From IMG/VR virus record IMGVR_UViG_3300042503_000724, positions 543-64,542 of that record: a stretch of 64,000 nt of DNA, one strand, 5' to 3'. Position 1 is the stretch's first letter; each line of letters opens with the position of its first letter. The notes beneath the pieces are model-generated. The model had not been told where the DNA came from, made no database searches, and was given only the letters and a program-made list of their open reading frames with translations. Both the position numbers and the translations under genes were made by a program. Of this stretch, positions 33,793 to 43,288 are shown in pieces. Origin of the DNA: a virus. Its lineage: Duplodnaviria; Caudoviricetes.

Positions 33793-36700
33793 ACTCTTTC
33801 AAATCCTTTCACAGTGACTGAGCCACTTGATGTTGTGTTTAATACTGGCTTACAAACGCCACCAGGTTTCATCCTAACTAGCGATTCTGCATATGCAGTT
33901 GGAAATACTACGACACTGTATAGTTCTTTATCTTCATCAGCAAGTACTACGTTTGCCATCTTATCTCCCTTTTTTGTTTTTCTTGGAGTAAAACTAATAA
34001 CCATGTATTCTTTATCTCCAAGACTCAATGTTCTTGACATTAAATATTTAATAAAAGGATTTGATGTGTCCTTTAAATCTTCTGGTGTAGCAAAGGCACC
34101 AATTCTATTGTCTGCAATTAAAAAGATGTACATCTTTCCAGCTTCAATAGTAGTTTCTGATCTATCAAAAACTCCAACACTACCTGTCTTGTCTACAACT
34201 TCAATACGACTCCAGCCATCACCACGCTTAATAGCCTTTACCATTCCAATTACAAGGAAGCAACCTTCTTCTTCATATTCTTCAATTGGTCTTGTGTATG
34301 CTTCAATCCATCTAGGAATGTCAGTATGAAATTCTGGGATGTTAAGGTACTCATAAAAATTTTTATTTTCTTCTCCAGTACGTTGGTTATCATTAAATGC
34401 TGCAGCACCAACCTTGTTTAGTGCATCTATTGCACGACTGTTAATACCAGAACCTTTTTTATTTGCATGCTCCATAAACTCTTCATAAGAATAGAAGGGT
34501 CTTTTATCAACAATCTTCTTGCTAATATTTTCAGAAATGTATTTAATATTTCCTAGACCAAACCTAATTGACTTTTCTTCTAGGGTAAAGTCTAAGTCTG
34601 ATTCATTAATGTGAGGAAGTCTAATTTTAATTCCCATACGCTTAGCTTCAATTAGATAGTCTGTGCGAGTATCTTTATCTTTTTCATTCTTAAGCAAAGA
34701 ATACATAAACTCATGTGGGTAGTAACGCTTAATCCATGCAGACCAATATGAAAGCATAGAGTACGCAACAGCGTGAGACTTGTTAAAAGAATACCCAGCA
34801 TGAGCTTCAAAGTCGTGCCATAAAGACTCTGCTTGTTTTTCTGTAATGTGCTTTGAAGCACCCTTAACAAATTGATCCTTAAACTTATCAAACTCTTTAG
34901 CATCTTTTTTCTTACCAATAATTTTACGAACCTTGTCTGCTTCTGCCATAGACATTCCACCCAAATGCACACAAGCAAGCATTACCTGTTCCTGATACAA
35001 GATACACCCATAAGTATCTTTTGTAAAATCTTTTACAATATCGTGCAAATATTTTACTGGCTTCTTACCTTTTTTGCGAGCAATATATTCTGCACCAATT
35101 GTATTCATGGCACCTGGACGAACTAAAGCATTTGAGGCAGCAAGTTCATCAAAGTTGTACACACCCATTTTTACAAGCAGGTTTGTATAGGGAGTTGTTT
35201 CTGCTTGAAATACACCCTTAGTAAATCCTGCAGTTAAGTCTGCATACACTTCTCTATCTGTTAAATCAATCTTTCTTAGATCTAGTTTAACTCCCTGTCG
35301 CTCTTCAATCATATCCATAGCATCATGGATTACAGTCAGTGTCTTTAGACCAAGTGCATCAATCTTAATTAGACCAATGTCTGCAGCCTGTTCCATATCT
35401 ACTGCTACTACTTGAACACGATCATCTGATTGCGTATCCTTGCGAGTTTCCATTGGAGCATATTTTGAAATATTATCTTTAGCAGCAACAATACCAGCAG
35501 CATGCATTCCTGTTCCACGAACACGCCCACGAAGCCTTTCTGCGTACTTGACTACTTCTGGATACTTCTGTCTAAACTCAGCAGTGGATTTATCGCTAAT
35601 AAAATCATCCCATGTTTCAACACCCTTAAGTGCCTTATTAACTTCGGGCAAAGGAATATGGAAAACACGAGCAACGTCTCTTACAACACCCTTATCCTTA
35701 AAGGTTAGGAATGTAGCAATAGATGCAACGTGCTTGTATTGCTCAGCAAGGTAGTCCTTTACTTGACCACGCTTTCTATCTTCATAGTCAGTATCAATGT
35801 CTGGAAAGTCGTTACGCTCTGGATTAATAAATCGAAAGAACAGTAAACCAAATTTAATTGGATCAACTTCTGTAATTTCAAGTGCATAGCAAACTAGAGA
35901 ACCTGCTGCAGAGCCACGACCAGGACCAACAAAGATATTGTTATTCTTTGACCAGCCAATCATATCTGATACAACAAGAAAGTAAGAAGAAAAGTTTTTA
36001 GACTTAATAATTTCAAGTTCTTCTTTGAGCCTATCCAAATAAACTTTGTCTTCTCCAAACCCACGCTTTATCAAACCCTCCATAGCTAATCTTTCAAGCT
36101 CTGAGTTAGGGTCTTTGTGGTCAACTGGAAGTAGGTCTAGATTTTCTTTTAAGTCATAGGAGCCAACTTTAGAACTAATCTCCATAGAGTTTTCATAAAG
36201 ATCATCCCTATCAATTCCTTGGTCAATCATTTTGTCACGAACAGTTTTATGATCCATTAAGAATATGTCTAGGTCCTTAAACGACATAAAGCGATCACCA
36301 TATAGGTAGTCCAGTCTTTCAATTAAGTCTTTAATCTTTCTACTATCATCAAATGTCGCTTCCTTTAAAACCTTTGGGTGCGTTCCAAGAATAAGCATGA
36401 TTTCTTCTGCAATCTTATCTTCTGGAGAAGCATAGTGACAGTCTAAAGTTACAGTACTTTTAACTCCCATATCATCTGCTAGTTTTAACATCTGTAAATT
36501 AAGCTCTGCAGGATTATGTGGCTGGAGTTCCATGTAAAAGTTATCTTTAAATACTTGCTTGAACCAATCTGTATGTCGTTTTGCTGCATCCATGTTGCCA
36601 TTTTGAATTGCCTTAGCAATAATGCTATTCATACATCCAGACAAAACAATTAAATCTTTTGAGTTTTCTTGCAGCACTTCAAAGTCAATACGGGGCTTAC

Positions 36701-37052
36701 TAAAGAATCCGTCATTCCACCCAATCTCTGAAAGCTTTGACAGGTTCTGCAAACCATTTTCATTTTGTGCTAAAACAATTAAGTGATTGTAAATTTGATC
36801 CTCGTCTGCACGATCTTTTCTTGCTCTTTTGTCCAAACGATCTGTTGTAAAATATGCCTCTAATCCCAAAATAGGTTTTACAGAACTGTTCTTTGCAGCA
36901 ACTAATAAATCTCTGTGACCACTTAAAGTACCATGATCAGTAATAGATATGGCACCCATACCAATCTCCTCTGCTCTTTTAAGCAGTTCTTCTGGAGAAG
37001 AGAAGCCGTCTAGTAGGCTGTAGTAAGAATGTGAATGATGATTGTGAAACAT
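33789..37052 (-). CDS. dnaE: DNA polymerase III alpha subunit
   Basis: PHP HSYYSLLDG/TDHG, GPGRGSAAGSL, PDIDTD, HAAG, KIDALGL, YSFNKSH; no intein evident. Confidence 0.97.
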   Translation of the reverse strand: MFHNHHSHSYYSLLDGFSSPEELLKRAEEIGMGAISITDHGTLSGHRDLLVAAKNSSVKPILGLEAYFTTDRLDKRARKDRADEDQIYNHLIVLAQNENGLQNLSKLSEIGWNDGFFSKPRIDFEVLQENSKDLIVLSGCMNSIIAKAIQNGNMDAAKRHTDWFKQVFKDNFYMELQPHNPAELNLQMLKLADDMGVKSTVTLDCHYASPEDKIAEEIMLILGTHPKVLKEATFDDSRKIKDLIERLDYLYGDRFMSFKDLDIFLMDHKTVRDKMIDQGIDRDDLYENSMEISSKVGSYDLKENLDLLPVDHKDPNSELERLAMEGLIKRGFGEDKVYLDRLKEELEIIKSKNFSSYFLVVSDMIGWSKNNNIFVGPGRGSAAGSLVCYALEITEVDPIKFGLLFFRFINPERNDFPDIDTDYEDRKRGQVKDYLAEQYKHVASIATFLTFKDKGVVRDVARVFHIPLPEVNKALKGVETWDDFISDKSTAEFRQKYPEVVKYAERLRGRVRGTGMHAAGIVAAKDNISKYAPMETRKDTQSDDRVQVVAVDMEQAADIGLIKIDALGLKTLTVIHDAMDMIEERQGVKLDLRKIDLTDREVYADLTAGFTKGVFQAETTPYTNLLVKMGVYNFDELAASNALVRPGAMNTIGAEYIARKKGKKPVKYLHDIVKDFTKDTYGCILYQEQVMLACVHLGGMSMAEADKVRKIIGKKKDAKEFDKFKDQFVKGASKHITEKQAESLWHDFEAHAGYSFNKSHAVAYSMLSYWSAWIKRYYPHEFMYSLLKNEKDKDTRTDYLIEAKRMGIKIRLPHINESDLDFTLEEKSIRFGLGNIKYISENISKKIVDKRPFYSYEEFMEHANKKGSGINSRAIDALNKVGAAAFNDNQRTGEENKNFYEYLNIPEFHTDIPRWIEAYTRPIEEYEEEGCFLVIGMVKAIKRGDGWSRIEVVDKTGSVGVFDRSETTIEAGKMYIFLIADNRIGAFATPEDLKDTSNPFIKYLMSRTLSLGDKEYMVISFTPRKTKKGDKMANVVLADEDKELYSVVVFPTAYAESLVRMKPGGVCKPVLNTTSSGSVTVKGFERV

Positions 37053-37068
37053 TTATCTCCAATAATAG

Positions 37069-37112
37069 TTGGGGGCAGTAAGATTATATCCTACTGCCCC
37101 CAAGTCTGTCAA
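37069..37112 (-). promoter_or_regulatory. dnaE promoter with the -10 box at the centre of a 12-bp perfect inverted repeat (also possible terminator of ssb)
   Basis: TTGACA(37107-12)-N18-TATAAT(37083-88); arms TTGGGGGCAGTA/TACTGCCCCCAA at 37069-37103. Confidence 0.8.
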
Positions 37113-37113
37113 A

Positions 37114-37770
37114 TTACCACTCAGAGGAGGTAGATACTGAATCGTCTGCATCTAGACCAGAGTAGAATGACTCTTGGTCTGCATACTTAACCGAACGAAT
37201 TGCAGTTTTTTCTAATTCATATTGCTCAACAGATGACCAGTCAAATGCTGTTTCATCTACTACTAGTGGGAACAAGGCATAGCTTGTCTGCGTACCTGTA
37301 CCTGAACGCTTTAAACGCCATGTAAGGTTACTGATAGCACCTGTATCACTTGCATATTCAATTAGTGTTTGTGTTGTTACTGACTTAGGACCAACGCCCT
37401 GTGACCAAATTGCGGTGTACTGTTCTCCAGTACCATCATCAACTAGTACGTTTGCATAAAGTCTTAGACGAGCTTTCCAGCCAGCCTTTGGATCTCTACG
37501 GTGCATTTCGCAACCATGACAGCGACCTTCTTCTTCCATGCTGCATACAGCCTTACGGCGATAGTCTTTTGGATTTGTGTGTTCTGCGACTACAATTGCT
37601 AATCCACGAGATGTGTCATAGTTCTTTGAGTCTGGATCAACTTCGTTAACAAAACGAAGCTTGATTGATTGTCCATCTTCTAGCTTTAGCCATCGGGCTT
37701 TTGGACCGTCAGATCCCTTTGGCTTGTCAATGTGACTCTTGATTGCATCAAGACCCTGAATGATACCCAT
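37114..37770 (-). CDS. Single-stranded DNA-binding protein (gp32-like)
   Basis: WLKLEDGQS..LRF, H..C..C..C zinc motif, KRSGTGTQTSY, acidic tail; located between primase and polymerase. Confidence 0.75.
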   Translation of the reverse strand: MGIIQGLDAIKSHIDKPKGSDGPKARWLKLEDGQSIKLRFVNEVDPDSKNYDTSRGLAIVVAEHTNPKDYRRKAVCSMEEEGRCHGCEMHRRDPKAGWKARLRLYANVLVDDGTGEQYTAIWSQGVGPKSVTTQTLIEYASDTGAISNLTWRLKRSGTGTQTSYALFPLVVDETAFDWSSVEQYELEKTAIRSVKYADQESFYSGLDADDSVSTSSEW

Positions 37771-37820
37771 ATATTTCTCCTAATATTTGATTCTATAAGT
37801 GAATCTGTTGTTTTATTATA

Positions 37821-38771
37821 TCAGAGTTGTAGAGCAATGTCAAACTCTGATAGTATTTTGTACGAACTTAATATTTGTTCGTCTGTCATATCTCCAATGT
37901 CTTTTACGCCATCTGGAAAACTCATATTTGATGTTGGAATAGATACGTTGCTTGAAATATTTTTTCTTAACGTGCTTCCTGCATCGTCTTGGTCCATTGC
38001 TAAAATTAATCTAGAAACATACTTGTTAATTAATTGTATTTGCATCTTGCCAAGATTTGCACCTAGCGTTGCTACTGCTGGAATTCCTAATTGCCACAAC
38101 CTAATTGCATCAAAGGATGACTCTACAATTACAACCTCTTTATGTAAAACATTATTTAAGTTAAACAAGATCTTATTTCTTGGAGTTCCCGTAGAGTTTT
38201 TAAAGGTCTTTCCTTCAATTGATCTACCAACAAATCCAACACAGATTCCAGTGTTAGAATAAACTGGGACAGTAACCATGTCTTGTTTTTCAGAGTACCC
38301 TAGCTTAAAATTTTTGATTGAATCTAAATTAATTTTTCTTGATTCAAAATATTCTATTGCACGAGTATTTTCTAGTAGTGTGGAGTGAAGTCTTTCAATT
38401 GTGTTTAAATCAAATTCAACAAACTCTGGTTTTTCTTCTACTGCTTTATCAATTACATCTACAAAGTCTATAGATTTTTCTGCAGCAGAAATAACACGCA
38501 TTGCTTCAAAGTAGTTTCTTGATGTTGTACGCATAATTAAATCTAATAGCGTTCCGTTTTCCCCACAAGAAAAACAGATGAACAATCCTTTTTCTTTATC
38601 TACTTCACATGCTGGAGTGTGTACGTTGTAATGAAATGGGCAGTATACAAGAAAGTGAGTGTCTAACTCAGTTCCTATTGAGATTCCGCAGACTTTGACA
38701 ATTTCTCTAATCTGGTCTTGCTGGTATGAATCGCTGGTATAAGCCTGTTTCCTAAAACTCCCTTGTAACAC
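37821..38771 (-). CDS. dnaG: DNA primase (CHC2 zinc finger + TOPRIM)
   Basis: CPFH...CFSC, GFVGR, VESSFDA, ATLG, DQDDAG, KDIGD. Confidence 0.9.
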   Translation of the reverse strand: MLQGSFRKQAYTSDSYQQDQIREIVKVCGISIGTELDTHFLVYCPFHYNVHTPACEVDKEKGLFICFSCGENGTLLDLIMRTTSRNYFEAMRVISAAEKSIDFVDVIDKAVEEKPEFVEFDLNTIERLHSTLLENTRAIEYFESRKINLDSIKNFKLGYSEKQDMVTVPVYSNTGICVGFVGRSIEGKTFKNSTGTPRNKILFNLNNVLHKEVVIVESSFDAIRLWQLGIPAVATLGANLGKMQIQLINKYVSRLILAMDQDDAGSTLRKNISSNVSIPTSNMSFPDGVKDIGDMTDEQILSSYKILSEFDIALQL

Positions 38772-39010
38772 TTTGCCTTAGCCTTTCCTACATAAATTCC
38801 GTAACGAGTTATTTTAAAATCAAACGATGTTCCATTATACGACAAAGAGAAGACACTTTCAAGTTCCAGGTGTGGAACATATCCTCTTTCCTTCATATAA
38901 TGGTCTAACAGTATGTCATATTCTTTTCTTAGACGCATAGTATCTGACTCATCTGCGATGTTACCATCTAGAGAAAAGTCTTTAATTTTCTTGTGTCCAA
39001 CGAAATCCAT
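38675..39010 (-). CDS. Hypothetical protein (leaderless candidate)
   Basis: TATAAT 6 nt upstream of ATG; overlaps the primase 5' end. Confidence 0.65.
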   Translation of the reverse strand: MDFVGHKKIKDFSLDGNIADESDTMRLRKEYDILLDHYMKERGYVPHLELESVFSLSYNGTSFDFKITRYGIYVGKAKAKCYKGVLGNRLIPAIHTSKTRLEKLSKSAESQ

Positions 39011-39024
39011 ACCTCAATTATAGA

Positions 39025-40260
39025 TTAGGTTGAGTCATCACTTGGGTCATATACTTCTGAAAACTTTCCTTTATCAAAGTCTGCTACCATTACGAAGTCT
39101 CCCAAAAATCCATGACGATTTTTTCTAAACGCCACTTCAAGAGCATCGCTATTTGCTTTACGACCCATTGCAAGAACCCAGTCAGCATCGTAAGCAATTT
39201 GTCGTGACCAAGCCACCTGACCAAGCTGTGGTACAGACTCCAAATCTGAGGCATCATCGGGCGTAGCAGAGGCGATTGCAACAACTGGTATCTGTTCTGA
39301 GATAGCCAATAATTTAAGCTCTCTAGATAGATTCTTTATTTTAACAGTCTCATTTTGAGAAGATCCAGAATTGTCTGTCATAAGTTGTAAGTAATCAATA
39401 AATACAATGTCTGGCTTATACTGGTCAATCTTGGCTCTTACAACATTTGGATTTACTTCGCTTCCACCGTCATTAGAGATAATCTTAAATGGTGGTTTGC
39501 CTTCTAAGTTTTCTTTTGCCCAAGCCTTAAACTCATCTTGATTTACACGACCAGAACTTAAGGCACGATGTGACCATTTACCATCTCCAATAATTGCAAA
39601 AATTCTATTACGAACTTCCTGCTCTGTCATTTCTAAAGAAAGGATCATTGGGGTGCGACCATTCTTCCAAGCCTGAACAGCAAAATAAAGTGCTAACCAA
39701 GACTTACCAATTGCAGGATACGCAAGAAGAACTCCAAGTTGTCCCTTAGAAATTCCCATTGGAAGACAAACATCAAATGATGCAATGTTAGATCGAATAC
39801 CTACATCACCATTCATTGCTGCTTCTCTTTGTTTATCAAAGTATGCGATAGCATCATCAACATCTGTTACATCAATGTCTCTTACCTTTGCAGTAATTCT
39901 TGATAGAGAAGAAATATCTGAGTTAAGAGAAGACAGTGCCTTATTAGACTCATTGTCTTGTAAAAGTTGTGCAGCCTTCTTTACAGTTGATCTAAGAGAT
40001 TCGTCAAGAAAGGTTTCCTTCAATCTATTAACGTGATAAATCGTTGGTCCAGAATCATTAGACGGTTCAAAGTCTCTAAACCTAGTTGCAATAAGATTCT
40101 TGTCTGGAATTTGACGAGTCTCGTTATAGTATTCTTTTATAAAGTCCCAAACATCTGACGTGCTTTTAAGCATTGAGTCAATGTTGTTTTCAAATAGCAC
40201 ATGAATATCTTTATTCTTGCAAGCAGCTGTAATAACATCTACTTCCTCACGCATTCCCAT
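39025..40260 (-). CDS. dnaB: DnaB-like replicative helicase
   Basis: AYPAIGKS, SLEM, FIDYLQLM, SRELKLLA, AYDAD, KNRHG. Confidence 0.93.
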   Translation of the reverse strand: MGMREEVDVITAACKNKDIHVLFENNIDSMLKSTSDVWDFIKEYYNETRQIPDKNLIATRFRDFEPSNDSGPTIYHVNRLKETFLDESLRSTVKKAAQLLQDNESNKALSSLNSDISSLSRITAKVRDIDVTDVDDAIAYFDKQREAAMNGDVGIRSNIASFDVCLPMGISKGQLGVLLAYPAIGKSWLALYFAVQAWKNGRTPMILSLEMTEQEVRNRIFAIIGDGKWSHRALSSGRVNQDEFKAWAKENLEGKPPFKIISNDGGSEVNPNVVRAKIDQYKPDIVFIDYLQLMTDNSGSSQNETVKIKNLSRELKLLAISEQIPVVAIASATPDDASDLESVPQLGQVAWSRQIAYDADWVLAMGRKANSDALEVAFRKNRHGFLGDFVMVADFDKGKFSEVYDPSDDST

Positions 40261-40582
40261 TTAGATACTCCTCACGCAATTTTGCTGTTTCTTTTCTACG
40301 CTCTAGTCTTAGGCGTTCGTCACGTTCTTTTTCTTTTAAAGTTGAAATAATGGTGTCTACATTGTTGTAAAACCAAGCAAGGGGATGACCCTCTTTCTGT
40401 AAAGTAAAGTAGTATTCTAAAGCCTTGTCTATTTGGTCCAACTGGTAATCTTCAATAATTGAAACCGCTGCCCATTTTTCTTTGTACTTGTTTATGTTTG
40501 GCTTTATGTTATATTTCTTTTCATACAACTTTGCATAGTTGTTTAAGAAAATATATGCTAGCTTTGCTTTATCCGCTGTCAC
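40247..40582 (-). CDS. Hypothetical protein (possible helicase loader/initiator)
   Basis: ORF directly upstream of dnaB. Confidence 0.65.
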   Translation of the reverse strand: MTADKAKLAYIFLNNYAKLYEKKYNIKPNINKYKEKWAAVSIIEDYQLDQIDKALEYYFTLQKEGHPLAWFYNNVDTIISTLKEKERDERLRLERRKETAKLREEYLNGNA

Positions 40583-40791
40583 TTTTTAAGGTCCTGCTCT
40601 ATCTCTTGAACCTTTTCCATTAATTTATTTTCTACAAAAGAGTATACCCTGTTCATGGCTGAATCAACGTTGCCATCTGTATCTCTTACAAAGTCTTCTA
40701 CACCTAATTCAACATGTACGCTTTCGTAGTTTCCTAAGTTTCTAACAAACTTTAGGTTAACTCTAACCGTTGTTGTTTCCTTTTGACTCAT
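40579..40791 (-). CDS. Hypothetical protein
   Basis: NLGNYESVHVELG motif; start moved to MSQKET. Confidence 0.7.
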   Translation of the reverse strand: MSQKETTTVRVNLKFVRNLGNYESVHVELGVEDFVRDTDGNVDSAMNRVYSFVENKLMEKVQEIEQDLKK

Positions 40792-41053
40792 TACTGTCTC
40801 CCTGGCTACTTGTAAAACCAATCATACCATATCTTGACGATTTGTCAAAATCCTTTTCTTCCGAAAGAAATCTAGAAAGTGTTAGCCAACCTTCAACTGC
40901 ATTAATTAAAGAGTCTACATCTTTCTTTTTTGTTGCAATTTTTGATGCCTGTGCTAATGTTTCTGCTGCACCAATCAATGCAGTATCTTCTGAAAGCTCA
41001 GAACCAATAAACTTTTCTAGTTCTGTCATTTTTATTTTTTTATGTCTAGCCAC
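40763..41053 (-). CDS. Hypothetical protein
   Basis: GTG start overlapping the upstream TAG. Confidence 0.55.
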   Translation of the reverse strand: MARHKKIKMTELEKFIGSELSEDTALIGAAETLAQASKIATKKKDVDSLINAVEGWLTLSRFLSEEKDFDKSSRYGMIGFTSSQGDSNESKGNNNG

Positions 41054-41553
41054 TAGAACTCCTCTGCTTTCCAAATAGGAACATAGGTTCCATCTTCTTT
41101 TCTTACATATAGCATTTGCCTAAGATTTAATTTTGCTTCTAGTTCTTCACGACTTGGAACCCTTGAAGATATTATCATGCCGTCTTTTCTGGGTCTGCCT
41201 ATGTGAACTCCAGCAAAATATTCTCTAAACTCAAATATATTTTCTGTAGAAAAATAATATGTAGACTTATTGTTTGACCATATCAGTTTTGGTTTTGAAA
41301 CAAGACCGTTCTTCATAGCAAACCTAAGTCTATCTGGATGCCTATTTAAAGATCTTGAAACTTCGCCTATTCTATAACAAGGTTTTTTAAATTCTTTATA
41401 ATCATGATAAGAAAATGTTGCTTGAGTTTTTGTTTCCATATTAAACAAATAAACAATACCTTTTGGTCTATCTATTCTAACAACATGGTGCACGTCACCA
41501 TTTATAAAGCACTTTTTCTTAACAGGCTTTATTGTCCCATTGACGAGTACCAT
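41053..41553 (-). CDS. MerR-like HTH DNA-binding protein
   Basis: YRIGEVSRSLNRHPDRLR ... G.V..P ... YYFS. Confidence 0.65.
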   Translation of the reverse strand: MVLVNGTIKPVKKKCFINGDVHHVVRIDRPKGIVYLFNMETKTQATFSYHDYKEFKKPCYRIGEVSRSLNRHPDRLRFAMKNGLVSKPKLIWSNNKSTYYFSTENIFEFREYFAGVHIGRPRKDGMIISSRVPSREELEAKLNLRQMLYVRKEDGTYVPIWKAEEF

Positions 41554-41720
41554 TTAAATTTCTTTTCCTTTTCTAAAAGCCACAAAGGAAATGTGCCATA
41601 ATTTGCAGGGTTGTTAAATATCCATCTTTTCCCACAGGAAAAACAAAACATTTCAATGTGAGAGTCAGTAGTAAATACTCTATCTACTAAGACTCTACCA
41701 CTGCATACCTTACACCACAT
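41529..41720 (-). CDS. Small zinc-ribbon protein (leaderless)
   Basis: CKVC ... CFSCGKRW; TATAAT 6 nt before ATG. Confidence 0.7.
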   Translation of the reverse strand: MWCKVCSGRVLVDRVFTTDSHIEMFCFSCGKRWIFNNPANYGTFPLWLLEKEKKFKWYSSMGQ

Positions 41721-41740
41721 TATTAAATTATAGCCTAAAG

Positions 41741-42550
41741 TTATACCTTAAAGAACTTACCATCTACTATACAAGAGTAGTCAGGAGAGACGTGTACTAG
41801 CTGAATATGAGGGTAGTTTCCATTTTCAATATGTGCAATTGCAAAAGCTTTTTGCCAGTTATGATTATTTGTATACATCATTCCTGTAGACTTTTCATCA
41901 CACATATGACCAATTTCGTATCCACGCAAAGTTTCTCCTAGTCCACCGTTTCTTAACTCATAGGTGTTAAAGTAAACACCTGCACGATGAGAGTGACCAC
42001 GAATAAGAGATACCCCAAAGTTATCTACATCTTTACGAACAGACTCTCCTGCATTTTGCGAAATGGCATTTCCATGATGAACATGGATATCTCCAAAGCG
42101 ATGAGCAGGTGGCTGATTATAATAAATATAATCGTAACCAAGGCTGTCTAAATTCCATAGTGCCTCTGGAGTTGTTGCCTCTACATATTCTGGAAGCTTT
42201 TTATCAATGTATTCAAATACACGAATGTCATGGTTTCCAAGTGCTGAAAACAACTGTGCATTTTTTGCTATTTTTCGTGTCTTGGTATAAAAGTCTCTTG
42301 CTAGTTTTGCTTCATGTCGCATAAGGGGCATAATTGCATTTCCGTTATCATCCTTGTGCATCTTTAAAAACTCTGCTGAGCGACCTTCTGTGTACTTGCT
42401 ATAGCAAGCCTGATCATCAGTGTCACCTAGATAATCAACTACGTCTGGCTTAAACCATCTCATGACCTTAAACCATAGCTCAATCATCTTATCATCTTGA
42501 TATGGGAATTGCTGGTCTGATGACAGCATCCACTTCAAATCGTTTGTCAT
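41741..42550 (-). CDS. Calcineurin-like metallophosphoesterase
   Basis: SDQQ, LGD..D, GNHD, HHG, GHSHR. Confidence 0.88.
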   Translation of the reverse strand: MTNDLKWMLSSDQQFPYQDDKMIELWFKVMRWFKPDVVDYLGDTDDQACYSKYTEGRSAEFLKMHKDDNGNAIMPLMRHEAKLARDFYTKTRKIAKNAQLFSALGNHDIRVFEYIDKKLPEYVEATTPEALWNLDSLGYDYIYYNQPPAHRFGDIHVHHGNAISQNAGESVRKDVDNFGVSLIRGHSHRAGVYFNTYELRNGGLGETLRGYEIGHMCDEKSTGMMYTNNHNWQKAFAIAHIENGNYPHIQLVHVSPDYSCIVDGKFFKV

Positions 42551-42601
42551 TAAAAACTTTCTGTTTGGGCATAGATATGGCTATGCTTGTATTAATAAAA
42601 A

Positions 42602-42630
42602 AGTATATCACTTTAATATACGGATGTCAA
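42602..42630 (-). promoter_or_regulatory. Sigma70-type promoter heading the replication module
   Basis: TTGACA-N17-TATACT with extended TG; small GCATAG/CTATGC hairpin in the leader. Confidence 0.8.
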
Positions 42631-42638
42631 GTATCTGA

Positions 42639-43091
42639 CTATTTCTTTTTTCCAATTGCAATATAGTTTACTGTAACTGTTTTGTCAGCGGTAAATAGGT
42701 CTCTATCATTTACTAACATTACTGTCATTTTAAATGATGCTGCTCTAATATTTGAAACAGAAACAGATGCTCTTGCTGGTCTACCAGTTGAATCCGAAAA
42801 GGTTGGAGTCGCAACAATAAAAACATTGTTATCAGCAAACGGTATAGAGAAGTTAACGTTTCCTTCTACTAATGCCTGTGAAGCTGCAGCTTGAGTTTGA
42901 AATGATCCAGTTTGAACTTGAATAGGAGTGTTACCTGCAAGACCTGGACCATAAAATTCAACCACTCTTTGTGCTGCTTGGCTAGATGATGATGAGCTAG
43001 AATTAGAATTTTTTAATTCATTAATTTCTGCAACTAGTTGATTTAGCCATTCTGTTGTAATTGGCATTCCATCGCTAAGTCTAGTTGCCAT
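42639..43091 (-). CDS. Minor virion protein with C-terminal small beta-sandwich (H-lectin/gp53-like)
   Basis: VNFSIPF....IVATP ... VNYIAIG C-terminus. Confidence 0.6.
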   Translation of the reverse strand: MATRLSDGMPITTEWLNQLVAEINELKNSNSSSSSSSQAAQRVVEFYGPGLAGNTPIQVQTGSFQTQAAASQALVEGNVNFSIPFADNNVFIVATPTFSDSTGRPARASVSVSNIRAASFKMTVMLVNDRDLFTADKTVTVNYIAIGKKK

Positions 43092-43248
43092 TGCTTTCAC
43101 CCTTTAGAGAAGCAATCTCTGCATCTTTTCCAGCAAGTGCTTCTGTTGCCTGTGCCTTAAGTACAGCCATCTGTTTTTCATACTGGCTTGTAATTTGACC
43201 AATACGATTTTGTAGTTCTTGAACTACTAGTTCTAAAGTTGTTGACAT
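43081..43248 (-). CDS. Small coiled-coil protein (55 aa)
   Basis: Hand translation MSTTLELVVQELQNRIGQITSQYEKQMAVLKAQ...; AAGGAG RBS; TGcTATAAT at 43273-43281. Confidence 0.7.
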   Translation of the reverse strand: MSTTLELVVQELQNRIGQITSQYEKQMAVLKAQATEALAGKDAEIASLKGESNGN

Positions 43249-43288
43249 TATGTCTCCTTATGTTTGACTTCTATTATAGCACTAAGTA

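Noticed and set aside
33789-37052. Intein or intron in dnaE (also terL, dnaB, recA)
   Set aside because: Lengths are normal, frames are continuous, and no C...HN splice or LAGLIDADG motifs are visible.
38675-38771. 97-nt overlap with primase as a programmed frameshift
   Set aside because: No clear slippery site; the primase has its own possible start; treated as ordinary overlap or start uncertainty.
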